Notes under the pieces: model-generated
What the model was told of the DNA's origin: nothing
Database searches by the model: none
What the model saw: only the letters and a program-made list of their open reading frames with translations
Position numbers and translations under genes: made by a program
Shown here: positions 38,109-46,708 of the stretch, in pieces
Layout: each line of letters opens with the position of its first letter
How positions within the stretch are numbered: position 1 is the first letter of the stretch
Assembly: GCA_016125035.1 (NCBI GenBank)
Contig: WGMN01000001.1
Coordinates: 193,526 to 257,525 of the forward strand
From: Pseudomonadota bacterium
GTDB lineage: Bacteria; Pseudomonadota; Alphaproteobacteria; UBA2136; UBA6156
Length of the DNA stretch: 64,000 bases
Direction: 5' to 3'

Positions 38109-38453
38109 TTAAGGCCGATACACCGCGAGGGTTTCGCCGTCGGCGTTGAGGCGCTCGATCTGCGCGATTTCCGGGTGGGCGCGCCAGAAGGCGTCGAGGG
38201 CGGGCGGGCGCTCCGGTTGGCCGGTGGAAGGAAGGCTTTGAAGCTGCATTTCAACCGGCGAGATATCTTGGTCGCAGAAAGAAAGGCGAAGCTTCACGCT
38301 TGTGAGGCCGGTGCAGGCGAAGCAGGGCACCAGTGCGCCGTGCAAGAGCTCGGCCTGGCTGGGTTTGCGGGGTGGCTGGGACAGGTATTCGCCTACCCCG
38401 AATACGCCAGCGAATACGTCAGCAGATACGGAGTCATCGACAGCTACGATCAT
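38109..38453 (-). CDS. Orphan hypothetical protein B (114 aa)
   Basis: ATG after a purine-rich AAGAGAAAG, bounded by a promoter/leader and a terminator; no family recognised. Confidence 0.6.
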   Translation of the reverse strand: MIVAVDDSVSADVFAGVFGVGEYLSQPPRKPSQAELLHGALVPCFACTGLTSVKLRLSFCDQDISPVEMQLQSLPSTGQPERPPALDAFWRAHPEIAQIERLNADGETLAVYRP

Positions 38454-38555
38454 GAGCTTTCTCTTGCTTATGCGGGACCCGGTTTTGGCGGGTGCCCTGG
38501 TGGAGATTTCGGTGGGGGAAAAGGACAGGTGCTGCGGGGTGAAGATGGGACTCGC

Positions 38556-38600
38556 CTATTGGCGAATCACACTTACCACGCGGACCTGTTTAAACAACAT
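38556..38600 (-). CDS. Candidate leaderless leader peptide MLFKQVRVVSVIRQ
   Basis: ATG 6 nt after TTGCCA-18-CAAACT; TAG at the apex of the hairpin at 38525-38589. Confidence 0.55.
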   Translation of the reverse strand: MLFKQVRVVSVIRQ

Positions 38601-38638
38601 GTTAGGAGTTTGGCGGAAAGCGTGGGGGGTTGGCAAGC

Positions 38639-38668
38639 AAAAAGTGCCCCTTGTAAGGGGGCACTTTT
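38639..38668 (-). terminator. Intrinsic terminator after orphan A
   Basis: AAAAGTGCCCC...GGGGCACTTTT stem with A/T tails. Confidence 0.85.
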
Positions 38669-38690
38669 GTTTTCGTGGGCCTGGCCGGAG

Positions 38691-39098
38691 CTAGGCGTAG
38701 TAGGCGTCGCGGGTGACACCGGCATGGCTAAGAGCCATCTCCACCGCGCAGTCGAAGTTGGTCTGGCCGACGATGATGTGCAGGCCGACATAGCGGCGCG
38801 GAGGCCCCGGGAACTTCGGGGCTTCGGCGTGGCTGAAGTGGCTGTTTGCCTGGGGCTTGACCGTGGTGACCATGCCAGGGAACAGGCGGCTGCAGTAGGT
38901 GCCGGGTTTGCCTTCGCCTTCGATGGCGAGTTGGCCTTCCTTGTTGATGTGGACGGCAAGACCGGCCGGCCAGTCGGCGTGGCTGAGGCGAGCCTCGGGC
39001 CAGAAGACGGCAAGCTCACCTTCAACCACCACGGCGGGTTTGCCGTCATCGGTAAGAGCGAAGGTAAGCGAAGGCAGAGCGGGAGTGGAGTTGGACAT
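38691..39098 (-). CDS. Orphan hypothetical protein A (135 aa)
   Basis: ATG preceded by GAGAGG and followed by a terminator; no family recognised. Confidence 0.65.
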   Translation of the reverse strand: MSNSTPALPSLTFALTDDGKPAVVVEGELAVFWPEARLSHADWPAGLAVHINKEGQLAIEGEGKPGTYCSRLFPGMVTTVKPQANSHFSHAEAPKFPGPPRRYVGLHIIVGQTNFDCAVEMALSHAGVTRDAYYA

Positions 39099-39269
39099 TG
39101 GTCTTCAACCTCTCGGGTTTGCAAAGCCGGATGACCCGGCGGGAACGCGTGGTGACGCGGTAAACTGGCGTAAGACCAGCCACAGCCGTAGCTAGGGTGG
39201 TGTTTTGCCGGGATTTGGGATTTTTGGAAAAGTTCGAGGTCTCGCGTGCGGGGTGAAGAAATGTTGGCC

Positions 39270-39311
39270 TTAGGCCAGCAGGGTCAGACGCAGGGCGAGA
39301 GCGAACTTCAT
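39270..39311 (-). CDS. Candidate leaderless leader peptide MKFALALRLTLLA
   Basis: ATG 8 nt after TTGCCA-17-TAAACT; TAA at the apex of the hairpin at 39230-39308. Confidence 0.6.
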   Translation of the reverse strand: MKFALALRLTLLA

Positions 39312-39322
39312 TGAGTTAAAGT

Positions 39323-40309
39323 TTAGGAACGGCGACGCGGTTTGGCAAGGGGTTTTTTGAGGGTTTTGGCGAGGGTGGTTGCGGCGGCTTTGCGGGCTTT
39401 GTCCATGGCGGGGTCTCCGTAGTGGCCGCAAAGCGGGAGCATTTTGAGTTGGCTTTGGGGCAGGGCCGCGTGGAGGGCGTAGGCGGCTTCTGGCGGGCAG
39501 ACCATATCGAGCTCTCCATGCAGGATAATGGCGGGAATGTGGCTGATGGCTTTGGCGTTTTTAAGGATTTGGTCGGGCAGCAGAAAGCACTGATGGGCGT
39601 AGTAGTGGATCTGGACCTGGCAGTTCACCAGCAGGTTGGCTTCCGCGCGGACGGCGGCCAGTGTTTCTGCCCGGTTGGATTGGATTGAACAGGCCAGCCA
39701 CTCAAAATAAAGCCAGGCTTCGGCAAGTTGCTGGGCGCGGCGTTTGTTGGGCCCCATGAGAATGGTGAGTGATTTTTTGGAGATGGTTGAGGGGGTTGCC
39801 CCGGGGACGGCTTTATAGAGCGCGGCGTATTCTTGCGGGAAGAACCGGGCGATGCCATCGGGTTTGGTGAACCACTCGATCTCATGCGTTGTGCCAAGGT
39901 AGATGGCGTTGAGAATAAGCCCCAACACCGCCTGGGGGTGCGCCTGGGCGTAAACCAGGGCCAAGGTTACCCCCCATGAGGCGCCGGTGACCACCCATTG
40001 CGCGATTTTAAGGTGGACGCGGATGCGCTCGATATCCGCCACCAGATGCTGGGTGGTGTTGGCGGTGAGGAGGCCTTTTTTGGCGGTGGATTTGCCGCAG
40101 CCGCGTTGGTCGAACGCAATGATACGGTAGGTTTTGAGCGGGAAGCGTTTGTGGAAGGAGCCGGACATGCCGCCGCCGGGGCCGCCGTGGAGCACCACCA
40201 CGGGGAGGCCTTTGGGGTTGCCGTGTTCCTCGATATAGAGTGTGTGGCCCTGGCCGACGGGCAGGGTGTGGGTGGCGAAGGGTTTGGGGGGTTGGATGGG
40301 GCGCTTCAT
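39323..40309 (-). CDS. pip: Proline iminopeptidase
   Basis: GNPKG.P, LHGGPGGG, FDQRGCGKS, NTTQHLVADIE and GASWG motifs. Confidence 0.9.
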   Translation of the reverse strand: MKRPIQPPKPFATHTLPVGQGHTLYIEEHGNPKGLPVVVLHGGPGGGMSGSFHKRFPLKTYRIIAFDQRGCGKSTAKKGLLTANTTQHLVADIERIRVHLKIAQWVVTGASWGVTLALVYAQAHPQAVLGLILNAIYLGTTHEIEWFTKPDGIARFFPQEYAALYKAVPGATPSTISKKSLTILMGPNKRRAQQLAEAWLYFEWLACSIQSNRAETLAAVRAEANLLVNCQVQIHYYAHQCFLLPDQILKNAKAISHIPAIILHGELDMVCPPEAAYALHAALPQSQLKMLPLCGHYGDPAMDKARKAAATTLAKTLKKPLAKPRRRS

Positions 40310-40407
40310 GAACCAAACCATAGCAGATTTTGCAAGGTTGTTGGCAAATGTGGGGTGTATGCGCTAGGTTGGCGGCTGATTTAGCCAACAAACAAGGAGT
40401 TTTCCCC

Positions 40408-42432
40408 ATGCCACGCATCACGCTTCCCGACGGTTCGGTGAAGGAGTTTGCGGGAACCACGACCGGGGCGGAAGTGGCGGCGAGCATTGGCGCGGGCCTG
40501 GCCAAGGCCGCTGTGGCGGTGGAAGTGGATGGCAAGGCGCAGGATTTGAGTGAGCAGATTACCAAGGATGTTTCCTTAAAGATCGCCACCGCCAAGGATG
40601 CTTTGGGGTTGGACACCATGCGCCACACGCTGGTGGCGCAGGTGCTGGCGCTGGCGGTGAAGGAGATGTACCCCGGCGCCAAGCTGGCGATTGGGCCGAC
40701 GGTGGACAACGGTGCTTATTATGATGTGGAGTTTGCGGCGCCGCTCTCTGCCGACGACTTGCCGAAGATTGAAGCGCGGATGCGGGAGATTATCAAGAGC
40801 GGGCGCAAGGTGGAGCGGATGCTGTGGACACCCAAGGCATTAAAGCGTCACTTTGAGCAGGTGGGGGAGCCCTACAAGGTTCAACTTGTGGAAGAGATCG
40901 AGGCCAAGGGCCAACTGGTGGATGGCAAGGCCGTCAGCGCCTATGTGCAGCGCGGCAGCAAGGCTTTTGATGTGAAGAACGGCGCGGTGGATGGCGATTT
41001 TGTGGATTTGTGCCGAGGGCCGCATGTGCCGGATTTGGGCAAGCTGACGCTGGCGTTTAAGGTGACGAACATTGCCGGGGCGTATTGGAAGGGCGATGCC
41101 GCCAACCAGCAGCTGACGCGGATTTATGTGGTGGCGTTTGCCACGCCCAAGGAGCTGGATGCGTATTTGGTGATGCGTGAGGAGGCCGAGAAGCGCGACC
41201 ACCGCAAGATTGGCCCGGCGCTGGATTTATTTCACTTCCAGGAAGAAGCGGCGGGGCAGGCTTTTTGGCACCCCGCAGGGTGGACGATTTTTACCGAATT
41301 AAGCGATTACATTCGCCGCAAGTTGGAAAGAGGCGGCTATGTGGAGGTGAATACGCCCAAGCTGGTGGATAAGATCCTTTACGAAAAAAGCGGGCACTGG
41401 GCCAACTATTTTGAAGACCTGTTTTTGGTGAAAGAAGAGACCGAAGGCAAGGTAACCAGCGTGCAAAGCCTGAAGCCGATGAACTGCCCCTGCCATGTCC
41501 AGATTTTTAATGTGGGCACCAAGAGCTACCGTGATTTGCCACTGCGCATGGCCGAGTTTGGCAGCTGCATGCGCAACGAGAGCCACGGTGCGTTGCATGG
41601 CCTGATGCGCGTGCGCGCGTTTACGCAGGATGACGCACATATCTTTTGCACGCCGGACCAGATTATGGCCGAGAGTGCGCGCTTTTGCGACCTGCTGCGC
41701 GAGGTTTATGCCGACCTGGGCTTTACCGATTATTTTGTGAAGCTTTCCACCCGACCGGACAAGCGCATTGGCAGCGACGAGATTTGGGATAAATCGGAAG
41801 CCGCCCTGGCCGAAGCCTGCAAGAACGTGGGGCTGGAGTGGAAAATAAACCCCGGCGAAGGTGCTTTTTATGGACCGAAACTGGAATTTACCCTGCGTGA
41901 CAGCATTGGCCGCGAATGGCAGTGCGGCACCTTGCAGGTGGACTTTAACACCCCCAACCGCCTGGATGCCACCTACACCGCCGAAGACGGCAGCAAGCAG
42001 CACCCGGTGATGCTGCACCGCGCGGTGTTGGGAAGCTTTGAGCGCTTTATCGGCATTATGATCGAAGACGTGGAGGGGAAATTTCCGGTTTGGCTTTCTC
42101 CTACCCAGGTGGTGGTGGTCCCCATTGCCGAGGGGCAGGAGGAGTATGCGCGCAAGGTGGAAGATGCGTTGCGCAACAGCGGCATTAAAACCGCCACCGG
42201 CGGGTTGCGAGTGGAGGTGGATGCGAGCAATGAGCGCATGCAGAAGAAAATTCTCTTCGCGCAGCAGCGCAAGGTGCCCTACATGCTGGTGGTGGGAAAG
42301 AAGGAGGCCGAGGAAGGCACCGTGGCCGTGCGTTTGCGGGACGGCACCGACCTGGGCGCCAAGCCAATTGACTGGTTGATTGAGCGCATGGGACGCGAAG
42401 TGGCCAGCCGCAAGGACGAGGCCGCCGCCTGA
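40408..42432 (+). CDS. thrS: Threonine--tRNA ligase
   Basis: TGS domain; DLCRGPH, KRDHRK, KPMNCP, GLMRVRAFTQDD and GSFERF motifs. Confidence 0.98.
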   Translation: MPRITLPDGSVKEFAGTTTGAEVAASIGAGLAKAAVAVEVDGKAQDLSEQITKDVSLKIATAKDALGLDTMRHTLVAQVLALAVKEMYPGAKLAIGPTVDNGAYYDVEFAAPLSADDLPKIEARMREIIKSGRKVERMLWTPKALKRHFEQVGEPYKVQLVEEIEAKGQLVDGKAVSAYVQRGSKAFDVKNGAVDGDFVDLCRGPHVPDLGKLTLAFKVTNIAGAYWKGDAANQQLTRIYVVAFATPKELDAYLVMREEAEKRDHRKIGPALDLFHFQEEAAGQAFWHPAGWTIFTELSDYIRRKLERGGYVEVNTPKLVDKILYEKSGHWANYFEDLFLVKEETEGKVTSVQSLKPMNCPCHVQIFNVGTKSYRDLPLRMAEFGSCMRNESHGALHGLMRVRAFTQDDAHIFCTPDQIMAESARFCDLLREVYADLGFTDYFVKLSTRPDKRIGSDEIWDKSEAALAEACKNVGLEWKINPGEGAFYGPKLEFTLRDSIGREWQCGTLQVDFNTPNRLDATYTAEDGSKQHPVMLHRAVLGSFERFIGIMIEDVEGKFPVWLSPTQVVVVPIAEGQEEYARKVEDALRNSGIKTATGGLRVEVDASNERMQKKILFAQQRKVPYMLVVGKKEAEEGTVAVRLRDGTDLGAKPIDWLIERMGREVASRKDEAAA

Positions 42433-42470
42433 ACTTAAGCCTAACCCGCAAGGACTGGGCCGCCGTTGCC

Positions 42471-43526
42471 GTGACGCTGGCGGCCCTTTGTTATGTTCTG
42501 GCCAAGCCGATTTGGGATTGGGATGTTATTGGTTATCTGGCGCTGGCCAAGCACCTGCTGGGGCATGATTGGGTGAGCACGCACCAGTGGGTTTATGGGT
42601 TGGTGGACCAGCTGCCCGAAGCCTGGCGCACCGACCTGCTGGGGCGTGAGGACTTCCGCCGTGTGGTGGCGCATGACCCTGAGGCGTTGCGTCAGGTAAG
42701 TGCTTTTTATGCCGAGCGGGTGGGGTATTACGGGTTACTGGCGATGTTGATTGCGCTGAAGGTGCCAGGCTTGGTGGCCGTGCGGGTGCTAAGTGTGCTG
42801 GCGTTGCTGCTGGTGGCCAGCGGCAGTTGGCTGTGGTTGAAGAAGATATGCGGCACTGCCGGTTGGCGCGGCTGGTTGGCGGTGTTTTTGCTGGCGGTGG
42901 TGCTGGCCTTCCCCAGTGTGATGAAAGTGCTGCGCTGGAGCAACCCCGACGGGTTGGTGGCCGGGTGCTACCTGCTGGGGGTCTATGCCTACCTGCGTGG
43001 ACGGGAACAAGGCTGGCTGGCGGCGTGGCTGGCGATGGTGGTGCTGCGCCCCAACACCGCCCTGTGGCTGGCACCGTTGGCACTTTATGAGATTGCCACG
43101 CAGCGCTGGCAGCGCGGGTGGGTGCTGGGGTGCATTGGTGCGCTGGCGGTAACGTTGCATAATATCTTCCCCGCTTATGGGGCCATGGTGGGCTGGCACC
43201 ACACCTTTGTGGGGGCCTTTGCCTACCCGGAGAGTTTGCGTTTGCCGTTCAGCTGGGATTTTTACCGCATGTGGTTGGGCGAAAAAATGCTGGGGCTGCA
43301 TGGGCGGGACCTGCTGCTTTTTATGCTGATGTGGGCGAGTTTGGGGGTGGTGGGATGGAAAGGAAATGTGCGCATGAGCTGGGTGGCGGCGGCGTTGGCA
43401 GGTGGGGTTTTGGTGCAGGTATTGGTGTTCCCCGGGTTTTGGGAAAGGCTTTATGTGGGGCCGGTTTTAACCCTGCTTTTGCTCGCCGCCTCTTGCGTGA
43501 GAGGGGTGACTTGGGCTAAAGCCTAG
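42471..43526 (+). CDS. Hypothetical polytopic membrane protein
   Basis: About 9-10 hydrophobic segments with an early DWDVIGY loop; start uncertain. Confidence 0.7.
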   Translation: MTLAALCYVLAKPIWDWDVIGYLALAKHLLGHDWVSTHQWVYGLVDQLPEAWRTDLLGREDFRRVVAHDPEALRQVSAFYAERVGYYGLLAMLIALKVPGLVAVRVLSVLALLLVASGSWLWLKKICGTAGWRGWLAVFLLAVVLAFPSVMKVLRWSNPDGLVAGCYLLGVYAYLRGREQGWLAAWLAMVVLRPNTALWLAPLALYEIATQRWQRGWVLGCIGALAVTLHNIFPAYGAMVGWHHTFVGAFAYPESLRLPFSWDFYRMWLGEKMLGLHGRDLLLFMLMWASLGVVGWKGNVRMSWVAAALAGGVLVQVLVFPGFWERLYVGPVLTLLLLAASCVRGVTWAKA

Positions 43527-43673
43527 AAAGCCATTTGTAAATTCTACTAGCCAGGGCTGCAAATGGGCTTTGTCTGCGCTTCCGCTGCTCATGGACAAAA
43601 ACGTCCACTGCGCTGCGGTTCTCGTCAAATCCCATTTTCGCCGCTGCCTAGCGAATTATACAAAAGACTTTCT
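43525..43673. repeat. RPE-like palindromic (MITE-like) element, about 149 bp
   Basis: Imperfect terminal inverted repeats AGAAAGCCATTTGTAAATT/AATTATACAAAAGACTTTCT, nested stems and central TGGAC-aaaaac-GTCCA. Confidence 0.7.
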
Positions 43674-43701
43674 GAACCATAGACATAAGGAGTGAGCAAC
43701 C

Positions 43702-44274
43702 ATCGGACGATTTAAGGGAACCCCGGACCGTAACCGGCAATACGAACACCGCATTAACAATGACATCCGCGTGCCGAGCGTGCGTGTGATCGGGCCGGAA
43801 GGCGAAAATTTTGGGGTGATGAGCAGCCGCGACGCGTATTTTAAGGCCCAGCAGTTGGGCTTTGACCTGGTTGAAATTTCCCCCAATGCGACGCCGCCGG
43901 TTTGCAAGATTTTGGACTACGGCAAGTTCCGCTTCCAGGAGGCCAAGAAAAAAGCAGAGGCCAAGAAGCACCAGCACATTGTGGAAGTGAAGGAAATGGT
44001 GTTCCGCCCCGGCACGGAAGAGCACGACTACCAGATTAAGCTGCGCAAGATCAAAGAGTTCCTTGCCGACGGCAACAAGGCCAAGATCAACCTGCGCTTC
44101 CGCGGCCGCGAGACCACCCACCAGGAGATTGGCCAGACGATGCTGGACCGCATTGTGGCCGACACCGCCGACTTTGCGAAGGTGGACTTTAGAAGTGGGC
44201 TGGAAGGGCGGTTTATGACGCTGGTTTTGAGCCCGGAGAAGAAAAAGAGCAAGGCGGCAGAAGCCACCGCCTAA
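43702..44274 (+). CDS. infC: Translation initiation factor IF-3, non-canonical ATC start
   Basis: RINNDI, DLVEISPNATPPVCKILDYGK and FRGRE motifs; AAGGAG SD 9 nt upstream of an in-frame ATC. Confidence 0.93.
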   Translation: MGRFKGTPDRNRQYEHRINNDIRVPSVRVIGPEGENFGVMSSRDAYFKAQQLGFDLVEISPNATPPVCKILDYGKFRFQEAKKKAEAKKHQHIVEVKEMVFRPGTEEHDYQIKLRKIKEFLADGNKAKINLRFRGRETTHQEIGQTMLDRIVADTADFAKVDFRSGLEGRFMTLVLSPEKKKSKAAEATA

Positions 44275-44281
44275 GAGATTG

Positions 44282-44306
44282 AAAAGCGGCCGCAAGGCCG
44301 CTTTTT
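44282..44306. terminator. Bidirectional intrinsic terminator
   Basis: AAAAGCGGCC-gcaa-GGCCGCTTTTT. Confidence 0.85.
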
Positions 44307-45774
44307 ATGGGCGGCGGCAGGTGAGCAGGCCGGTGTAAGCGCCGGACGGCGGAACGCTGCAACCGGTGACATTGGGCTGCGAAACCAGGGTGTGGGCGCG
44401 GCGATAAAGCGGCAAATAAGGGCGAATATCGGCAAGAAGATGCTGCAGGTGCAGCGTGGTTTCGATCTGCGCCTGCGGCGTGGGGCTGGTGAGAATTTGG
44501 CTGGTGAGGGCATCCACGGTGGTGTTTTTAAAGCGGCCGCGGTTAAAGCCCACCGGCGGCACCTGCGTGCTGTTGAACACGCTGTGGTAGAAGGCGGGTT
44601 GCTGCTCGCCGGTCCAGGTGAGCAGGACCATATCGAACTGGCCTTTTTTGACTGCGTCGTAGAACGAGGCCCATTCAGTGGGGCGCAGGCGCACGGCGAT
44701 GCCCACCGCCTCCAGCTGCTGGCGGATGGCCTGGGAGAGGCGCTGGATGAAACCATCGGTGCTGGTGAGCAGGGTGAGGGTGAAGCGCGAGCCGTCCGGC
44801 CCTTGCATCAGGTAGGCCTCATCGAGCAGGCCTTCGGCGGTGAAGGGGTCGGTGGGTTCCTCTGGCGCTTCCCACGCTGCCGGGTGGCCGGGCGGCAGCA
44901 GGCTGCCCGCCGGGGCGGCCAGCCCGGCCAGCAGATAGCGGCGCAGCTGCGGCCGGTTAAGCGCCAGGGCGATAGCCTGGCGCACCGCCGGGTTGGAGAG
45001 GTAGCGGTTGTTAAAATTAAAACCCAGGTAGGTGTAGGAGGTGCCGGGCGTGGCGGTGGCGGCATAGCCATGGGATTTGGCCCAGGTGAAGAGTTCTGGC
45101 GTGAGGTCATCGAGCACCACATCCACCTCGCCCTTCTTCAGCTTGAGCATGCGGGTGGTGGCATCTGGCACGTAAAGGAACTCCAGCGCCGGCGGCAGGC
45201 CGGGCTGGCGGGTGGTGAGGGTGACGTTGCCCAGGGCGTCGAGCTGTTGCAGCTGGTAGGGGCCCGCGCCGTGGCCGGGCGCGGCGGGGTCGGCCAGGGG
45301 AATATCCACCAGTGTGGCGAGGAAGGTAAGCGTGGGCTGGGGCAGCGTGAAGGTGAGGGTTTGCGGTGTGGGGGAGGTGATGGTGACGCCTTTGAGCGGG
45401 GTGGCCAGCGGGCTGCGCGGGTTGGCTTGCAGTTGCTCTAGCCACAGTTTGATGCTGCCGGCGGTGACCGGGCGGCCGTTGGTATAAGGCAGGCCCGGAC
45501 GCAGCGTGCACTGCACGGTGGTGGGGGCTGGTTGCGTGCAGCCCTGGGCGACACGGCCCACCGGCTGGTAGCCGGGGCCCCATTCCAGCAGCGCAGGGTG
45601 GGTGAGTTGCAGCAGGCGGGCGGCGGCGGCATCGGTGGCCAGGGAAGGGCTGAGCGTTTTGGGGGCATAAGCCACCGCGATGCGCAGCGGCGCGGCAGGC
45701 TGTGCTGCATTGGCCACGGCCACCACGATAAAGCTGGTGAGGATACAGGCGATGAGCTTGATGCGCGTAAACAT
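44305..45774 (-). CDS. Peptide/nickel ABC transporter substrate-binding protein (family 5)
   Basis: Signal peptide; GAGPY, LKKGEVD and VRQAIALALNR motifs. Confidence 0.88.
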   Translation of the reverse strand: MFTRIKLIACILTSFIVVAVANAAQPAAPLRIAVAYAPKTLSPSLATDAAAARLLQLTHPALLEWGPGYQPVGRVAQGCTQPAPTTVQCTLRPGLPYTNGRPVTAGSIKLWLEQLQANPRSPLATPLKGVTITSPTPQTLTFTLPQPTLTFLATLVDIPLADPAAPGHGAGPYQLQQLDALGNVTLTTRQPGLPPALEFLYVPDATTRMLKLKKGEVDVVLDDLTPELFTWAKSHGYAATATPGTSYTYLGFNFNNRYLSNPAVRQAIALALNRPQLRRYLLAGLAAPAGSLLPPGHPAAWEAPEEPTDPFTAEGLLDEAYLMQGPDGSRFTLTLLTSTDGFIQRLSQAIRQQLEAVGIAVRLRPTEWASFYDAVKKGQFDMVLLTWTGEQQPAFYHSVFNSTQVPPVGFNRGRFKNTTVDALTSQILTSPTPQAQIETTLHLQHLLADIRPYLPLYRRAHTLVSQPNVTGCSVPPSGAYTGLLTCRRP

Positions 45775-45793
45775 GGCCCGCATGATACCCCAG

Positions 45794-46708
45794 ATGCGCC
45801 ACCCTTCACGCGCTTTTTGTGGCACCCCGCTGTTGGCGGCGGCATTGCTGTGCCTAAGTGCGCCCGCCCACGCGGGGATGCTGGGCTTTATGGACCGCGC
45901 CTTTACCTTCCGTGAGGAACAGAAGCCGCTGGTGATACCCCACCACAACAGCGTGCCCAACCTGGTTTATCAGCCGCATTACAGCGACAGCGACCATGTG
46001 GCGTGGAGCGAATTTTACACCCGGCCGGATCTGGAGCCGCAGGATTATCTTTCCAACAGTGCCAGCAAGGTGATGCGCCCGGCCGACGGCAATGAGGCCA
46101 GCAGCGATGAAGATACCGGTGGCTGGCAGGCGATTAATGCGCGCGGCAACACCAACCAGGCCGCCGCAGACGCCGATGTGTTTATTGGCCGCCCCGGCGA
46201 AGGCCCGGGCATGCAGATGGGTGATGCCAACGTGGGTGTGGCCACCAAGATCGGCGCGGCGGTGAAAGACTGGCGCGACGACAGCGCAGATGCCGGCAAC
46301 CTGGCCAGCCGCCCGGGGGATTATGACTACCGCATGGCGGATATCCACCGCCCGGCGCTGGAAGAAGACGGCATTGTGCGCAGCGAGGCCCTGCCGAGCA
46401 ACACCAAGAAAGCCCGCGCCGACCTGGCCGCCAGTGCGCTGAGCCATGACAAGCGTTATGTCTCGTTCAACGCCGATGGGCAGGTGACCGCCTACATGGT
46501 GCAAAAGGGCGATACGCTGGGCGAGATTGCCGCGCAGCCCGCCATTTACGGCAAGACCACGTTGTGGCCGCTGATCTACTCGGCCAACCGCCAGGCCATT
46601 GGTGCCAGCCCGGCGAATTTGAAGGTGAAGCAGACCTTGACCATCCCGCGCAATTACAGCGATGCGCAGGCGCGTGACGCTGAAAAGCGCGCCGCCAAGA
46701 AGCGCTAA
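45794..46708 (+). CDS. Secreted LysM-domain protein
   Basis: AHA signal peptide; C-terminal YMVQKGDTLGEIA...WPLIYSAN...LTIP LysM domain. Confidence 0.85.
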   Translation: MRHPSRAFCGTPLLAAALLCLSAPAHAGMLGFMDRAFTFREEQKPLVIPHHNSVPNLVYQPHYSDSDHVAWSEFYTRPDLEPQDYLSNSASKVMRPADGNEASSDEDTGGWQAINARGNTNQAAADADVFIGRPGEGPGMQMGDANVGVATKIGAAVKDWRDDSADAGNLASRPGDYDYRMADIHRPALEEDGIVRSEALPSNTKKARADLAASALSHDKRYVSFNADGQVTAYMVQKGDTLGEIAAQPAIYGKTTLWPLIYSANRQAIGASPANLKVKQTLTIPRNYSDAQARDAEKRAAKKR

